A stretch of 64,000 nt of DNA from Oculina patagonica (GCF_052425735.1 NC_135762.1:13578001-13642000), one strand, 5' to 3'; counted from the first letter of the stretch, positions 1 through 15,200 are shown. The notes: generated by a model not told the origin, from the sequence alone. Numbers and translations are program-made.

Positions 1-3000
1 TTCTAAAAATACGAAAAAGAAGTTTTATTTCTGCGCAAAGTTATTGCACATGAAATCTTGTCTAATAAATATATTTTTTATTTATAATTGGCTGTTCACG
101 TTTCTGTTATGCTTCCCGCCATACTCCCCTTAGCATCACGTGGCACTATTTCACATTCTTCATCATGTTTCCCTTAGATTTAGGGAAGTGATCTTAACTA
201 GTGCACTCAGGGAGGACCCACCTACTTCTGATTAACATTTTCTGGTCTTAATAATATGAGATGAGCCATAAGTATTTTGTATGCATGAAGCTTTCACAGC
301 TCTAAGAAAAACATAGTGAGGAGTTAGTAATACAGTGGGCCCTGTCCGAGTGGCGCGTATTAAATTGTATTATTATGTTTTATGTCATTCCAAAGTAAAA
401 ACGCCGAGCTCGACCGATTTGTCATCCAGGTTAAAGCCCAAAGAAATCGAAAAGTAAGAAATCCTGAGTAAACAGTATGCCGGCCCGGGAACGATTAACA
501 GGAATGGCTAAAATGACTAAACAAAGACCCATTTCGGCTGCTAATGAACCATATGATAAAAACCGCATTGCTGAGCAAATTGCCACTGGCGAATTGCTTC
601 AAGAGGTTGTTTTGTGTTGCTTTTGACAGTCGGGGCATCGAGTTATTGTTAAGATATTTAGTAAATAAACCCCTTCAGGGTGATTTGGAGAATGCGGGTA
701 AATTGAAAAGGGGGGGTTTTTTATGGGTCTCCAACATAATCTCTGGCAGCATAGACTGGTTCTCGAAGCGAATTCTCTTTGGCCTGTTTGTGGACAATTT
801 TTCTCGATTTCCACTGTCTCTGGCTTGCGAAAGTATGATTTTAAATATTTTCTACGTATTTTTTTTAATCTGCAACAGCAGAACACGAAAACAGAACTTC
901 AATTACAAAATGTTTGTCTAGGGATTCACTGTCTTTGACCCAAGACTTCTTTAAAATTCAAAATGTCATATTTTGCGTTATGGTTATTTTGTTGTTTTTT
1001 TTTTTAATTTGAGGTATTAACAAACTGTTTTCAGGTTTAACTACTCTTGACGTCAAAAATGGTGGAATTTAAAAGCTTTTAATTAAAGATATGGTATTAG
1101 TTCATCATTTGTGACGTCATAAATTGACATACCTCTGTTCTTTGTTTACTTGCCAAGATTGATGACGTCATATGCTTTTTTCGACGTTTTTGCTTGTTTA
1201 CAAGCTAAAAACATGGAATAGGGGTTATGTGGACAAAATTTGGAACCACATATTTGTAAACTCTCAGGGGACTTTTTAATTTCTCAAGGGACTGTTTTAA
1301 TTTCTCAAGGGGATTACTTTCCGCTGTGGGTGATCCAGGAAAAAACGTGACTTGTCACATTTACAAACGTTATATAACAATTTTAAAAGTGACATGTCAG
1401 CTTTCTTATCTCAACGCACGTGTGTCTGAAAGGCGATCTATAAAAAGCGTCGCACAAACAATGGATTGCGTAACTAAAACACGAATAAATAAACACTAGC
1501 ACTTACATCGTTTAAAAATTACAAACGTCAAAAATAAACCATACCAAAAAACTCGCTCTTTTCAAAGATATTATTGAAGTTAAAACAATTGCAAGAGATG
1601 GGGGCTTCTTTTAGCTTAGGAGCGGTTAAAAATTAGGCAAAATTTGGTCGCTACATCAGCCTAGGTCGTTAGGGACGAGACCTCGCGTTGAAGAAATGTT
1701 GCATGAATCGGCTTTACAACATGCGATCGTATCTACGCAGTTCGAGTGGAATCATAAAGACAGCATTCTTCGTATTCACTTCAAATATAATTCGAAAGCA
1801 TTCACTGTATATATGGCTTTGTTTATCCTGATTTTGATATCCGACCCTCGCAGAGCCTAGACAAAACGCAGCTTGAGTGTAACGATTTGTTTACGCCGCA
1901 ATTATATGCGCAATTTTTCTCCGACAGTAGTCGGAAATTCCGTATTTTTCGTGCTTTTTCGTGGAGCAACGTAACGATACGACCTGAACACATTGAACAG
2001 CGGTCACCTATACATCAAATATGGCGTCGCAAAAATAAAGCGTCGAACACATATTTTGCTATTTCATTTGCTAATTTCGCTGCCGTAATCGACGCCTCGA
2101 AAGGTCCTGCAATTTTAAAGTATAGAATTGTCAGATCTCGGTAAATTTGCACTGTTTATTTGTGTAATGTTACGGAATATGTGTATAAATACCCGGCGCG
2201 GACGAGCCATTTTGAAATTATATGGCTGCATTTCCTCCGCGAAGATAGGAAATTGTTAAACTAAACTACAAAGAAACTGTAATGATAAGTTCGAAGAACA
2301 ATGCACAGGATAAACCTTCGACTCATACTTCATGCAAAAACGTCGATATCTCGAAGAGACTTTGATTACATTTGGAGTTCTTATGCTAAAATACATGTTC
2401 TGATGTCACTTTTTGGAGGCCTTTGGCCCTGGCTTGATACCATATATTTTGTTCTTTCATTTATACTACGAGTCTTACGCGGTTTAACTATTATTTATTT
2501 GTGCATTTACATGTTGATTTACCGCGACATAACGTCGGCTGTCCACGTTCTGCCGCCATCTGGCCTCATAGCTTACTCCGGGTTTTCGTTCCCTTGGCTG
2601 TGGGGTTTTCTAATTTTTCCATGTCTTACTGACGTTATCTGTGACTAAAACAAGGAGGTTTTCTTGATCTCTTGTGTGGTTTTATATTTTTTCCTCGTCT
2701 TACTGATGTTAAATGTGATGTATTTAGAGGGCGTTTGCTTATTAAGAGAAGTTCATTTAACCGCATCTAATTTCTGCGAATAGTACTCGAACTTATCCCT
2801 ATTCATTTGATTTTTTTCCTTTTTTGAGAGGGGTACTATTCGTTATCGAGAAAGCTCAAATGCAGATCATGCATAACAAAAGTTTGATATCATTGCGATG
2901 TGCATTACAAAACTGATGTAAGTCTTTTGTAGGAAACTGCAAATATCCACTTTTTTGGCGTGTTCATTTTCAAAATGCCATTTGAGTAGCAGAACGACAC

Positions 3001-3256
3001 CAAACCAAAGCATTGTTACATATCAGTGTCATGCATTCGGTGACTTTAATTCCAATTACCCTTGATCCATTCCTTGAAACAATCGCCAGGGTAACACAGA
3101 ATCTTCCTGTATAACAGCTGTGTAAATTCATTAAAACTTCCATAATATTAGCCGTCATTGAAGCCAAACAACAACTGGAAATAACATTCGAGCTAGTCAT
3201 TCGCAAAATCATTCATCCCAAGTTCCTGAATACCCGAGCATCCGTCTCTCGACGAT

Positions 3257-6200
3257 ATGGCGCTTGCACGAGTCTTAACGGTCCTCGTTCTCGCGAACAC
3301 CTTTAACGTCGTGTCGTCTTGTGGTGGAGGCGGTGGACCGTCGCCGCCGCCGCCGTGTTCTTGGACAACGTGTAGACACGAATGGAGAAACGACTGGGGT
3401 CCCGGTATTTCGCAGGGACGGTGCGTTCAGCAGCACCGAAATGCACACCATATAACCTCGTCTCATAGTGGCTCGGGATCTTGTCCAGCGCCATCATACT
3501 GCAGTTCTTCGACACAGTACAGAACAATGTGTGAGTATGACAGCAGCAACGTTTTATCGAAGCACGCTTTGATGTTGGTTGAAACTTTCGAAAGATATAG
3601 AAAATATCCAGACAAAACTTTTGCGCTCGAAATGGTGTTTAATCTTTAGGGATTCCTGTTTATGATAACGATTTCACGGTATCTTGAGGACATCTATCCA
3701 TTTATTGTTTAACTCTTTCTATTACCAATACAACAATAGATTTGCGTAAACAATTTTTTTTTGAACAATTTTTTGAACAAGTTTAAAATCAAACCGATAA
3801 AACCTCGAGATCGAAGACGCGAAGATCACCGCGGAAAAACGGAAGATTTCAAGATTGAAGCGAAGATCTGAAATTGACCAAAATCCACGTGATCAAATTG
3901 AACACTGAGATATAAAATTGTCAAAACTCCTAATTATAAACACTACAGAAAATATCTGTAATTTCTGAATTTTGGCATTTCACTACGTTTCACTGCGGTT
4001 TCAACAACAGTGGTTTACAGTTACTGCCGCGACACCACATGAAGCCGTTACAAGGCTCAATCGTTTAAACCGTTTCAATCCGTTAAGGGAATATCTGCTT
4101 TAAAAAAAAACGAAGATTTGCAAAAAAATTGCGAAGAAAACGAAGACCGTGGGTAACGATAGAGAAGCTCAGATAACGGACTCGTATATAACGAACGTAT
4201 GGACTACTGACCGGTTATAAATGAGAGCAAACCATTTCATCAATAACGATAACGTTACTAGCGAAACGTTTTCACATGCTTTAAACAATTTTTAAAACGG
4301 GGTAGATTCCGAACCAGAATTGCACTGTATGGGAGTAAAAATAGCAATGATTGCGGAAGAGTCACGCAGTCGTTAATCAATTAATTTCTGCATTGTATTA
4401 ATTTTCTGTGAGAAGTTAAATGACTGTAAATTAGAAAGAACAGTGAAAAAGCTCATGTTCTTCTGTCACCATTTAATCAGAACGTTTTGTATAGCTATGT
4501 TTGATTATTTGTAACTGAGCAGTTTCAAAACCACAAAAAACCGCCACTTTAATTACCTTATTGTTACTTATTTTCATGGGAATTAATTTTCGCGATTTTC
4601 GAATTATCGCGAAATTAAAGACCCGAGAAAATTAATTCTTAACGTTTCTGACGTATTTTTAATAATTTTAACGTATTTTCTGGCCTAATTGCGAAAACGT
4701 TCCATGAAATATGTACGTTTCATTTTCGCGAAATAAAGCTCCCGCGAAAGTAAGTAACCATAAGGTATCAAGAAAAATGTTTAATTTAGTGTGTCGGATC
4801 GATATTGATATTTCAATGAACTTATTTAGCATTAGTTCATAGGTAAACCTGAATTCACAAGTTCAGTTTACTATTTCGCACTTGGTAATCATGACTTTAG
4901 CCAATGATACTGCTTTAAAAGATCACCCACCTACGCACAGAAAAAAGTTATTCCATTGCAAAATAAGCACGTATTTCCTCATCAAAATTGTATTCAGAAC
5001 ACTGCCATTTTCTAGAATTTTCCTTTTCAGTCATATGTCTTTGCGTGGACCGTCATTTGAAAAAATTGCATTCCTCCAAATGACGTCAATGAAACGACGT
5101 CGTAGATCAGTGATTTATTCGTCAAACAATGTAGGTTTTTGTAAAAATTATGATTTTCCGCTTTACCTGTCGCTTACATTTTTAACTATCTCTTGTTTTT
5201 TGAACACAAGAAAAACGACCAATATTATTAGATATTGGTCGTATAAGATTTCCGCGCGCGTAAAAGGAAAAATTTTCAATGCATATTCAAGTTCGTTTGC
5301 ACCTGTTTATACAAAAGTAAACACAAATGTCAAGGTCTCGGTAATATGTGATATTGATACGTACAGAAAGAGAAATACGATATTCCTGTTTTAAAAGAAA
5401 ATGCATCATTCATATTATATCAGATCCATTCCACTATAAATTAAATACTGTAACTTTTAATTTTTGATGCACAAAAACGCAATTTTTCCTTTCGTAAAAG
5501 CAACAATTTTTTCTCATTAAATCAACATTTTCTTCCAAATAAAACAATAAACTGTGTTGAAAGCAAACCGCACAGTCTTTCAGGGAACGGCTGTGTTTAA
5601 ATTAATACAAATGAAATAAATTAGATCAACAAAACGTTTGCGGTGTTTCTACCGTAATTACCAATTGAAAATTTATACTAAATTAGTTGATTTTATGGGT
5701 CTAGAATTTCTCCATACTATCGAGCGTGTATCTTTTTCATGCTTTAAAAATTCATTTAATAATTTTAAGATACCTGTGAAGAATAAATATTGCGATTATA
5801 AATCTCGTGGAAAGGTATATAGATAATGAAATTGACAATTCATGATTTGGTCGCCCTTTACGTTTGCTTTCTTTTTTTCTTTTTTGTTTTTTTAACTTTG
5901 TTTTACGGTAATTTGCAAAGTAAAAGTCGTTTTTTCCGGTTTGATTGCAAAATTGTTTTAAGCCTGCAACCTACAACACACTGGCTCATAAACGTAAAAT
6001 GCTGTATTGATGCTGCGAAAAATTCTCATTACTCGTACTAAGAGAAATATATAATATATAATAAGAATAACTATATTTATAGCTTTCCAAAATCAAGAAG
6101 TTAAGTGTTATCTCATTCCAAACCAATGAGGCTTAGGGCATGAGATTACGCACTTCCAGTTACGCAGCTTTTGGAAAACACAATTCTCAAAAACAGTTTA

Positions 6201-9200
6201 AGAAGTCAGGTTGATCTGAGTTTTATGATTTTACTTTAATTGTACCTGGGCTTCTCGTACTTAATCAGAAGACAAATTTGTTTAGGCGTGTGACGTCAAT
6301 CTGTCAGAGACAAAATGCGTCCAAGTAATGAAGTCGCCTGTGATAACAAAATAAACTCTGTAAATACTCAGCGGTAACTTTATAAGAAAATTTCTTTTTT
6401 TATTCATTTTACATTCATTTTAAGAATATAAAAATGATTTTAGGCGTTATCAGTTGGATGATATTTTATTTTATTTTGTTTTATCTTATTTATTTATTTA
6501 TTATTATTATATTTTATTTTTTGCCGTTACTTTCGACATTTTTTTGTTCTGAAAAGAAATGTCAAAATCGTTTAGCTGGAATAATCGCTATTCGTCTTCC
6601 AAAGTAAAAACAAAAAAGAGAAAAACAGTTTACATAAATGCTCTACAACTGTCAAATTGCGCAATTCTAACTATTAGTTTACAATTTTCTGATGCACAAA
6701 ATTACATTAAAATTTCAAAGTTCAAAATTCTCATAGTGGTTTCTTAATGTAAAAATTCATCAAAGAAGTAATAATTAACCGAAATTAAACAATGGTTACC
6801 AAGACTGAGGAAGATTAACTCGGGTAAAAATCAACAAAAAAAAATTAGTCAGTAGAACCTTTTTACCGATGCGGCGGCCATTTTGAAATCTATTGTTTAA
6901 AATAGCTATTAACCCGGGTATTAAGGAATGCCCAGGGGGTGAATATATAAGACAATTGGCCCCCTGAGCACCCCATCATGTCTTTTAAAACAATAGTAAT
7001 CAAAATGACTGCCCTATCAGTAAAAAGGTGCTACCTTTTTTCAAGCTTTTTTAAGATTTCTCTGTAGAAACACATCTTGCATTGCAGGCTCTTGTACGAA
7101 TGCATACTACTGTCCGTTCCACGGGTGGTCTGGTTGGTCAGGATCCGTATCCGCGGGGACATGCGGACGTCAGAGTCGTTACCGTGACTACAATCAACAC
7201 ATTCGTTACGATATACGGGAGCATAACTGTAACGGAATCTCAAGCTCGTGTGGAGCAAGACAGTACAACTATAGGGACTGGTGTAAGTACATTTACATTG
7301 ACGCTTTGAAGGGACATTGTCCCGAACTGACTATCGAAAGTCCTCTTTCCTCATTTCAGATTATATTGCCAAAATCCACGAAATATAAAAATACATTGGA
7401 TGAAAAGATTCGACAGAGCAAAATAAAACAATTATTTTGGGGAAAAAGTAAAGGATAATCGAATACTAGGATTGCAATAAGTGGATTATAGTTCGTCAAT
7501 TTTGATTATGAAACAAGATGTCAAGAAATGAAACGTTCCATTCTAAGGACATTTTGAATCTTTAGTGAAATATGTTTCTTTTTAGTTAATACTTTTTACT
7601 TGTGTAAATTTTGGTGTTTTGTCTTTCAATTTCAAGATAATAGCGCAAGTTTAAAGGCAGTTGGCGGCCAAAATTACAAAAACAAGATATATCAACCGGG
7701 ACCCTTTTATCAAAACGAAACAACTAGGATGAACTTTCCCAAATCATCGTTCCGTTTCTCTCTTCCTCCTATATGAACGTGTTTCTAGACTGAAGTGTTT
7801 TGTAACAGACCGAATAATAAATTATTTAACACTGATAATTTAAGAACTTTAAAGTAAAAGTGAATGCAAGAAATGGTTGACTTACTTTATTTTGTGTTCA
7901 ATTTTATTGCACCTCCACTTGTCCCAAAAAGGTACACACTAACAGGGTAGCCGCGTTATTACTGAGTGTACGGTACTTGTCTCAACATCATTTTCGTACT
8001 GTAAACTCGGTTATAAAAAAAAACGTTACAAAGTTTTAATCTGAAAAAGCCTTTATTCTGCTGCTCTAAAAACTAATAACTTCCTGTTGTTGTTCAAGGA
8101 ACCAAACAGTTCTTATAACATTAGCAAAAACCACCAATAATTCAATCACAGGTTCGTTACTACAAAAATTATTTTGAGTCAAACTCCTTTTCCACAGGCT
8201 CGTGCAAGTACGCGTCATGCTCCCTCGGGTCGTGGAGTTCGTGGGCAGATATGGCATCACCTGTCAATAACCACTGCGCCTCTCAGCAGCGGACCAGGAG
8301 CTATGCACTGACCTGGTTATATACGCAAAGGGAGAGCAATTGTAACGGCATAGGACCACAGTCCTGCCCAGCTTCTCAAAGCGAAACCAGAGAAAAGGGT
8401 AAGGGAAGAAGGCTTTTGATTACGCCGTTCTTATTAAAGCTAAAACTCTATCCCTTCTAAGCATGCAGTCCGTAATGCAGGCTGTATTTACTGTTTCTGT
8501 TGTTGTCTTCGGCATCATCGTCGTTGTTGTTGTTGTTTGCTGGCGCTGCTGCCTCCGGTACTTTTGCTGTTGAAGTTGCTGTTCTATTTAAGTCAATGTT
8601 ATCGTTACTTTTGACTCCTTCTCCTTCCCTTCATACCTAACTGGACAGTCTCCCACCAGTTGAGATTTTTTGGGAATATTTACAAAATTTGTTTGTTTGT
8701 AAGCTACTGGAACCTGCATTTATATATACCCTACCTCCTCCTTCTCCTCCTCTTCTTCTTCTTCTTCTTCTTCTTCTTCTTCTTCTTCTTCTTCTTCTTC
8801 TTCTGCTCCTTTTCCTTCGTCTTCTTCTTCTTTGTCTTCCTCATCGTCTTCTTGATTTTACCCTATAGCTTTTAATCTGTACATCTTCAGAACAGTTCAT
8901 GATTCAAATGAGCCGTACAATGCACATCAAATAAAACTAACAAGATTTTATCTCAACTTTTCCACCAAAGTTGTCACATGTCCAGCGCTGTCAAACCCAG
9001 CCCATGGGAGCTGGGACCGAGATGACTGTCGAGCAAACGCCCAAGTATGCCGCTCTGTTTGTCTACTTAACTGTGATGTCGTCAATGGTTTTCAGTTGGA
9101 AGGTCCAGGTCGGCGCGAGTGCCTAGCGAGTGGTCAGTGGTCAACGCCATGGAGTTCATACTGTAAAGGTACGATGTCACTTACCTTAGCTTCTTTTTGT

Positions 9201-12200
9201 ACAAAAAAGTACTGTAAAATGGTGTTTGTAACCCTGTTCATAGGAATTTTGGGTGGCCTAATATTGGGGTGAATTTATACTCAGTGGCATAAACCTGCAC
9301 AGCACTACACTTGCAAATGCATTCACTGCCTATTTCAATTCAATATACAATAGTAAAGTCGAGCGGAGGAGAGCCAATATCTGGGGGAAAGGGTGGGGGG
9401 CCCATAACGAGAGTACGTTTTCTTTGACAGAAAACAGATCGACCTTAACCAGAGGGGCTTTTAAGCGGGAGGTTTTATTGAATGTAAATAACGGTTTGTT
9501 GCCTAAGTGAGCCGCTTTCCTTTACAACTTTCAGACGTTCGTCCTCCGACTATCACTTGTCCCAAAGCCATTTCCGTTCCCACTGATCCTGGAAAACCGA
9601 CGGCAAAGGTATGCATTCCCAGGGCAACCGCCACGGACAATACTGGCCAGCCGCCGTCGATCACTAATGACGTAGGCGCGGACAGTAAAGATTTTGCAGT
9701 CAGTTCTGTTCCACATCAAGTGAAATATACTGCTACTGATGCCGCTGGCCTGACTGCTACGTGCACGCTTCAAATAACTGTTTCAGGTAAGTAGTTATCT
9801 CGGTGTGTTTGCATGATAATTTTTGTTGTTTCACTCTTATCAAGTGGGTGGCGGGCCGTGTCGCAATGGTTAGGCAGGACTCGGATTCAGCGGTCTGTGT
9901 TTGAGCCCTGTCTAAGCGGCATTTCGTTGTGTTCTTGGGCAAGACGCTTTATTTTCACAGTTGGTCTCTCTCCACTCAGGGGATTAATGCATTAATGCTG
10001 GGAGTAACCCTGCGATGGACTAGCAGTAAGAGAGTAAAAATACTCCTAGTCGACTAAATGATTCAGAAACCGTGATAAAACTCATAAGGCATGGGACACT
10101 TTGTTATGTTGCACTTTTTTGAACTTGAGATCTTATAAAATTTATATTAAAAAAAGAACAAATCTTTTAAGGCTAAAACTTCCATTGTCATCAATCTTCA
10201 CTACCCATGTCCAGCTTTGATCTGTAACAAGTTTGACAAAAACAAGATTTCTGTTTGCATATTTCTTTGCATGAAGTTTTCCTCCAAACGAGTTTTCCTA
10301 CGTTGCCAAGAAGTCGTATTACTTCAGAAACGCGTTTGATTTGAAAAACTTGTGGTTGCTACATGTAACTCTGTTCGTTAATTCTTTTCCTTTTGGCCTG
10401 CAGATAAAGAACGTCCTCGTGTGGCCTCGTGTCCAAAGGACATCAAGAAACAAACCAATCAAAATGAGATCCGCGTCACCTGGGACTATCCGGTGTTCGA
10501 GGACAACGTCGACAAGCCCCCAGCGCATCAGCTGCGAATTTCGAGTAACAAGAACCCGGGTGTTCTTTTCCCGTGGGGCAGAGTGCAAGTCGTGTACGAG
10601 GCCAGCGACAGCGCTGGTAATAAAGCAACTTGCGAATTCATGGTGGAAGTTGGACGTAAGTTGCAATGAAATAAAAATGTTGTCCAATTGGTCTCACTTC
10701 AAGCACAGAATATTATTATTAACACTTCAAGCACAGAATGTTATTATTAACACTTCAAGCACAGAATATTATTATTAAGACTTCAAGCACAGAATATTAT
10801 TATTAAGACTTCAAGCACAGAATATTATTATTAACACTTCAAGCACAGAATGTTATTATTAACACTTCAAGTACAGAATATTATTATTAACACTTCAAGT
10901 ACAGAATATTATTATTAAGACTTCAAGCACAGAATATTATTATTAACACTTCAAGTACAGAATATTATTATTAAGACTTCAAGCACAGAATATTATTATT
11001 AACACTTCAAGTACAGAATATTATTATTAACACTTCAAGCACAGAATATTATTATTAACACTTCAAGTACAGAATATTATTATTAACACTTCAAGCACAG
11101 AATATTATTATTAACACTTCAAGCACAGAATATTATTATTAACACTTCAAGCACAGAATAAAGATTTTGCGGTTGTGACAAAACGTTGAGTAGATATTTT
11201 ATTGACCAAGGAGCAGCTACAGGATCAAATGAATATGGTGAACCTGTTTGCTAAAGAGAGTTTTTGGTTATTCTCAAGCCATTGTAGTCTCTTACTTTTG
11301 TAATTAAAAAAGAGGGAAGGCCAATCAAGCCTGCGTGCAGACGTCTCATATTCCCTTTGCTTCTATTCTATTGACCAAGGAGCAGCTACAGGATCAAATG
11401 AATATGGTGAACCTGTTTGCTAAAGAGAGTTTTTGGTTATTCTCAAGCCATTGTAGTCTCTTTCTTTTGTAATTAAAAAAGAGGGAAGGCCAATCAAGCC
11501 TGCGTGCAGACGTCTCATATTCCCTTTGCTTCTATTCTATTGACCAAGGAGCAGCTACAGGATCAAATGAATTTGGTGAACCTGTTTGCTAAAGAGAGTT
11601 TTTGGTTATTCTTAAGCCATTGTAGTCTCTTTCTTTTGTAATTAAAAAAGAGGGAAGGCCAATCAAGCCTGCGTGCAGACGTCTCATATTCCCTTTGCTT
11701 CTATTTCCTCTTTCTGCTAGCGTGAACATCAGACATCTTCTCTGGTCGCAAGGAAGTGACCCAGAGAAGACTTCTGAAATTCTGTGTACTATTCCGGGCG
11801 ACGCAAAGCCGAACAAGAGAAGTCTGTACGCTGGTCAGCCCCAAGTAGAATGTTATCCACAGTGATTTCGACATGAATCGGATCAAAGACTGCAGTCGTT
11901 GCCCCCGCAGGGTTTTGGCCCAGAGGCCAAAACCCGAGGAGGCACCCTAGGAGTCCCCGGGTGTATACATACAAGGAAAATGAATATTTGTTGAAAAAGG
12001 AAAAAAATGTGTCTGTAGTGGGCGAAGCGTTCTCGATTTGACGAAACTATAGGACTGAAAATACTGGAAGCGGTATTGCGATCGGTATAGGACATTTATA
12101 AAATGAAACGGTTTTTTTAAGCCGATCTGTCGTCCTGTTTAAGAAATGCGTCCGGGACAGAGCCAGAGAAAGGCGCACGCAAAAAAAGACCACTGGGGCT

Positions 12201-15200
12201 CGCAGTCATTCGTACGTAAGAGGCACATCGAGTGGGTCGTGTCCTCCAGAAATCCCACATTCGAACGGCATTCACGCTTGTAAGAACATTGGGCCATGTG
12301 TTCAGAAAGCCGAAGGATCGTCCAGCAGCTAACCGATCGCGAATAGCTGGAATCGTTTACAAAGTAAAGTGCCACGACTGCCCCTTAACGTACATCGGGG
12401 AAAGCAAGCGCTCATGGTCATCGCGCGGAGCCGAACATGATCCAGGCCGCGCGAACAACAGCGAATCTTCGATAAAATAGCATGCCAAGTCAACGGAACA
12501 CAACACCCATCCGAAAGACGCCCAGATCCTCGAGCGTGGCATAAGCAACTACAACAAGGAGTCGTTGCACTCCACTTTGGACAGCGAGAGAGGGGGGGGA
12601 AATTTAGGTTGCATAAAACAGATCGGCATAAAAAAACCGTTTTATTTTATAAATTGTTTATAGGACATACTAAATATCTTTTTGGCCATGTCATTGGCTG
12701 GGTACGTGGCTAAGCAGTTCAGGGTTGGATGAACAACAGTATAAATTTTATGTCCAAATTTTCTGTTCGACATCAATTTGCAGTTCACGTATTGTCCAAT
12801 GACTGCTCCTTTTCCACTAAAACCAATTAGCTCAATACTCCATCATTCTTCGTGAACACTCCTAACTTTGTTCATTCATTTCTTTCAGCTGTCGCATGTA
12901 CATATTTTGACCCCCCTGCCTACGGAATAAGGGCGTGCAATAAGAAGACGCTGAATTCTAATAATGTTACTTACGAAATGGTTTGCGTGATACAGTGCAA
13001 GGATGGCTATGCTTTCGCCGATCAGGCAGCGCCAAATACCTACATGTGTCAGTCAGATGGTACGTGGAACAAGCTTCTATTCGGAGCAGCTCTTGTCCCA
13101 GTCTTTCCCAAGAGTCAGCGACCGTGGCCCGATTGTGCACGTAAGTAAATGTCCTAAAGATGTGCAGGAGTATTGCCAGTTTCCTAGGAGGGCGTAGTGT
13201 AAGTTGAAATTTATCTCTTTAATTAGATGCAGTCTCTTTCTCGTTTTAGATATGAAATGGGAAGTGGCAATTAAAGGAACGTGTTGTTGCCGAAGCCAGA
13301 CCCGCAATCAAGCTTTCTATTAATTATAAATAACGAATCAATCAATCAATGAATCAATCAATTTATTAATGTCATGGCGCGGGATGAGGTTGCCATCTAT
13401 ACCCGAGCCAGAGGCTCATGTAAAAAGCGCATGACAATAATTAAAATACATTATAAAAACAATAGAAACTAGTATAAGTAAAAAATAATAAAACTAACCT
13501 GGTCTCAGGTTATCGTTTCTGGGCAAGAAAAACCAAGATTTTTGGAAACATATTATTTTACATTAATGCCCTTGAATTTCTTCAACAGCCGAGCAAAACG
13601 TGAACGCCGCCAAGAAGAACTTCACTTTCTACACAGGCTCGTGTTCTGAAAACGAGCAAGAGGCCTTGGCACGAATCCGACAGAACTTCTTGGCTGCTGT
13701 GGTAAACAGTCCGCTGGCCAACTACGCCTTGTGTACCGTCAGTCAGGGCCAGGACTGTATCGTGGAAAACGTCAAAGTCTACTGTGGGGCTAACTCCAGA
13801 CGAAGGAGAAACGTGGATTTCGATGATTCCAGTGAGCGAGTCATCACGTTCGATTTTGTCATCAACGACAAAAATGCCTCGTCTGATCCCAAAGTGGAAG
13901 CTGCTAAGTAAGTAAAAGAAGCACATTTGTCGTGTCCGTATATATTTTTGTAGGACGTATTATATACCTGAAGCAGTGCTGTATCAACCCCGAGAACTAG
14001 GAGTAATTAGCCAACGACAGGCCTAGCTGGAGAAGTGCTGTTCATACCAGTGTGGCGCACAGTGAGCAACAGAGGCAGGAACACAGTTCGCTTGGAGAGA
14101 AAAGAGAGACAACAAGATGCCAGCACAGTTCCATCCTCTACTGAAATCAGATGTCCAGTCTGTCAGAGAGTTTGCTCTTCCCGAATCGGACTGCATAGTC
14201 ACCGGCGAACTTATGTACACTAATTTAATTAAATTTAATTTAATCACTGCGGCCAAGTGGACATCTTACTCGATATATCATTTCGAGGGATTTCCAAGAC
14301 ATACACCCAGAGGAAAGAAGAAATTCTACTTGTCCCCCGCTTCATGCTACAGAAACCAGGATAAGCTCCGACAGTTAAGATGGGCCACTAGGCTCGACGC
14401 AGAGTTTACTATTTATTATATTGGAAGTTAGGTCAAGTCTGCGTTTGAGCCTCGTGACCCAACAAGCAGGTTCTAATCTCCAGTTTCTTTAGCATGAAGT
14501 GATAAAGAGTAGTTCTACTTCTCCAAGGAAAGGCTCTAGTACATCGCAGGTTACCGAAGCATTTACTTCGCTGGTGCTCGTTTATACGCCTGGGTGGATG
14601 AAAGAGGAACTGTGAGAATAAAGTTTCTCGCCCAAGGACACAACGCAATGACCACGGCCAGGGCTCCAAACTGGGCCGCTCAATCCTGATTGAAGCGCAC
14701 TGAATTTTAGGCAAACGCGCCCCTTACATTGGCAAGGCTGCAGTAAACAATGACGAAAACGCACGCAATTTTTTTCCCCATAATCAGTCGTACATTGGTT
14801 TGATTGGTATTTCCTTGTAGGCTTCTAAAGATGATGCAGGACTTGGACACCTTAGAAAAGTTTATAAAGGAGAACTTTCCCCAAGATGCTAATATGCCTG
14901 GACTGACAGTTTCAGCGGCTGGGAGCTCCGCTGCTTGTCCTGTTGGAAAAGTAGTGGTGGTTGTACCTGGTAATAATTCTGAATTGGAAAGGACTATTTG
15001 TGGTAAGTAAGGGCCCATTTACATGGAAAGAGGATGATCCTAGCACAAGGATCATCCTCCTTTCATGTAAAATGGAATGATCTTAGTGCTAGGATCATCC
15101 TAGTACTAGGATCATCCGACCGCCATATGTTTTCAGCTTTTAGTTTACATGTGAATGGTTGCATTTGGCCCTAACGCTAGGATCATCCTAGCGCTAGGAT

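Noticed and set aside
544-938. Overlapping ORFs on both strands
   Set aside because: No recognisable protein features; the region looks repeat-derived.
4882-5394. 170-aa ORF in intron 1 of the SVEP1-like gene
   Set aside because: Non-ATG start, AT-rich low-information composition, no domain motif; likely chance ORF in repeat-derived DNA.
8660-8875. Poly-Phe/Leu ORF
   Set aside because: Translation of the (CTT)n microsatellite.
10695-11160. Regular short repeats that could be taken for a CRISPR array
   Set aside because: Head-to-tail units with no unique spacers, no cas genes, eukaryotic intron.
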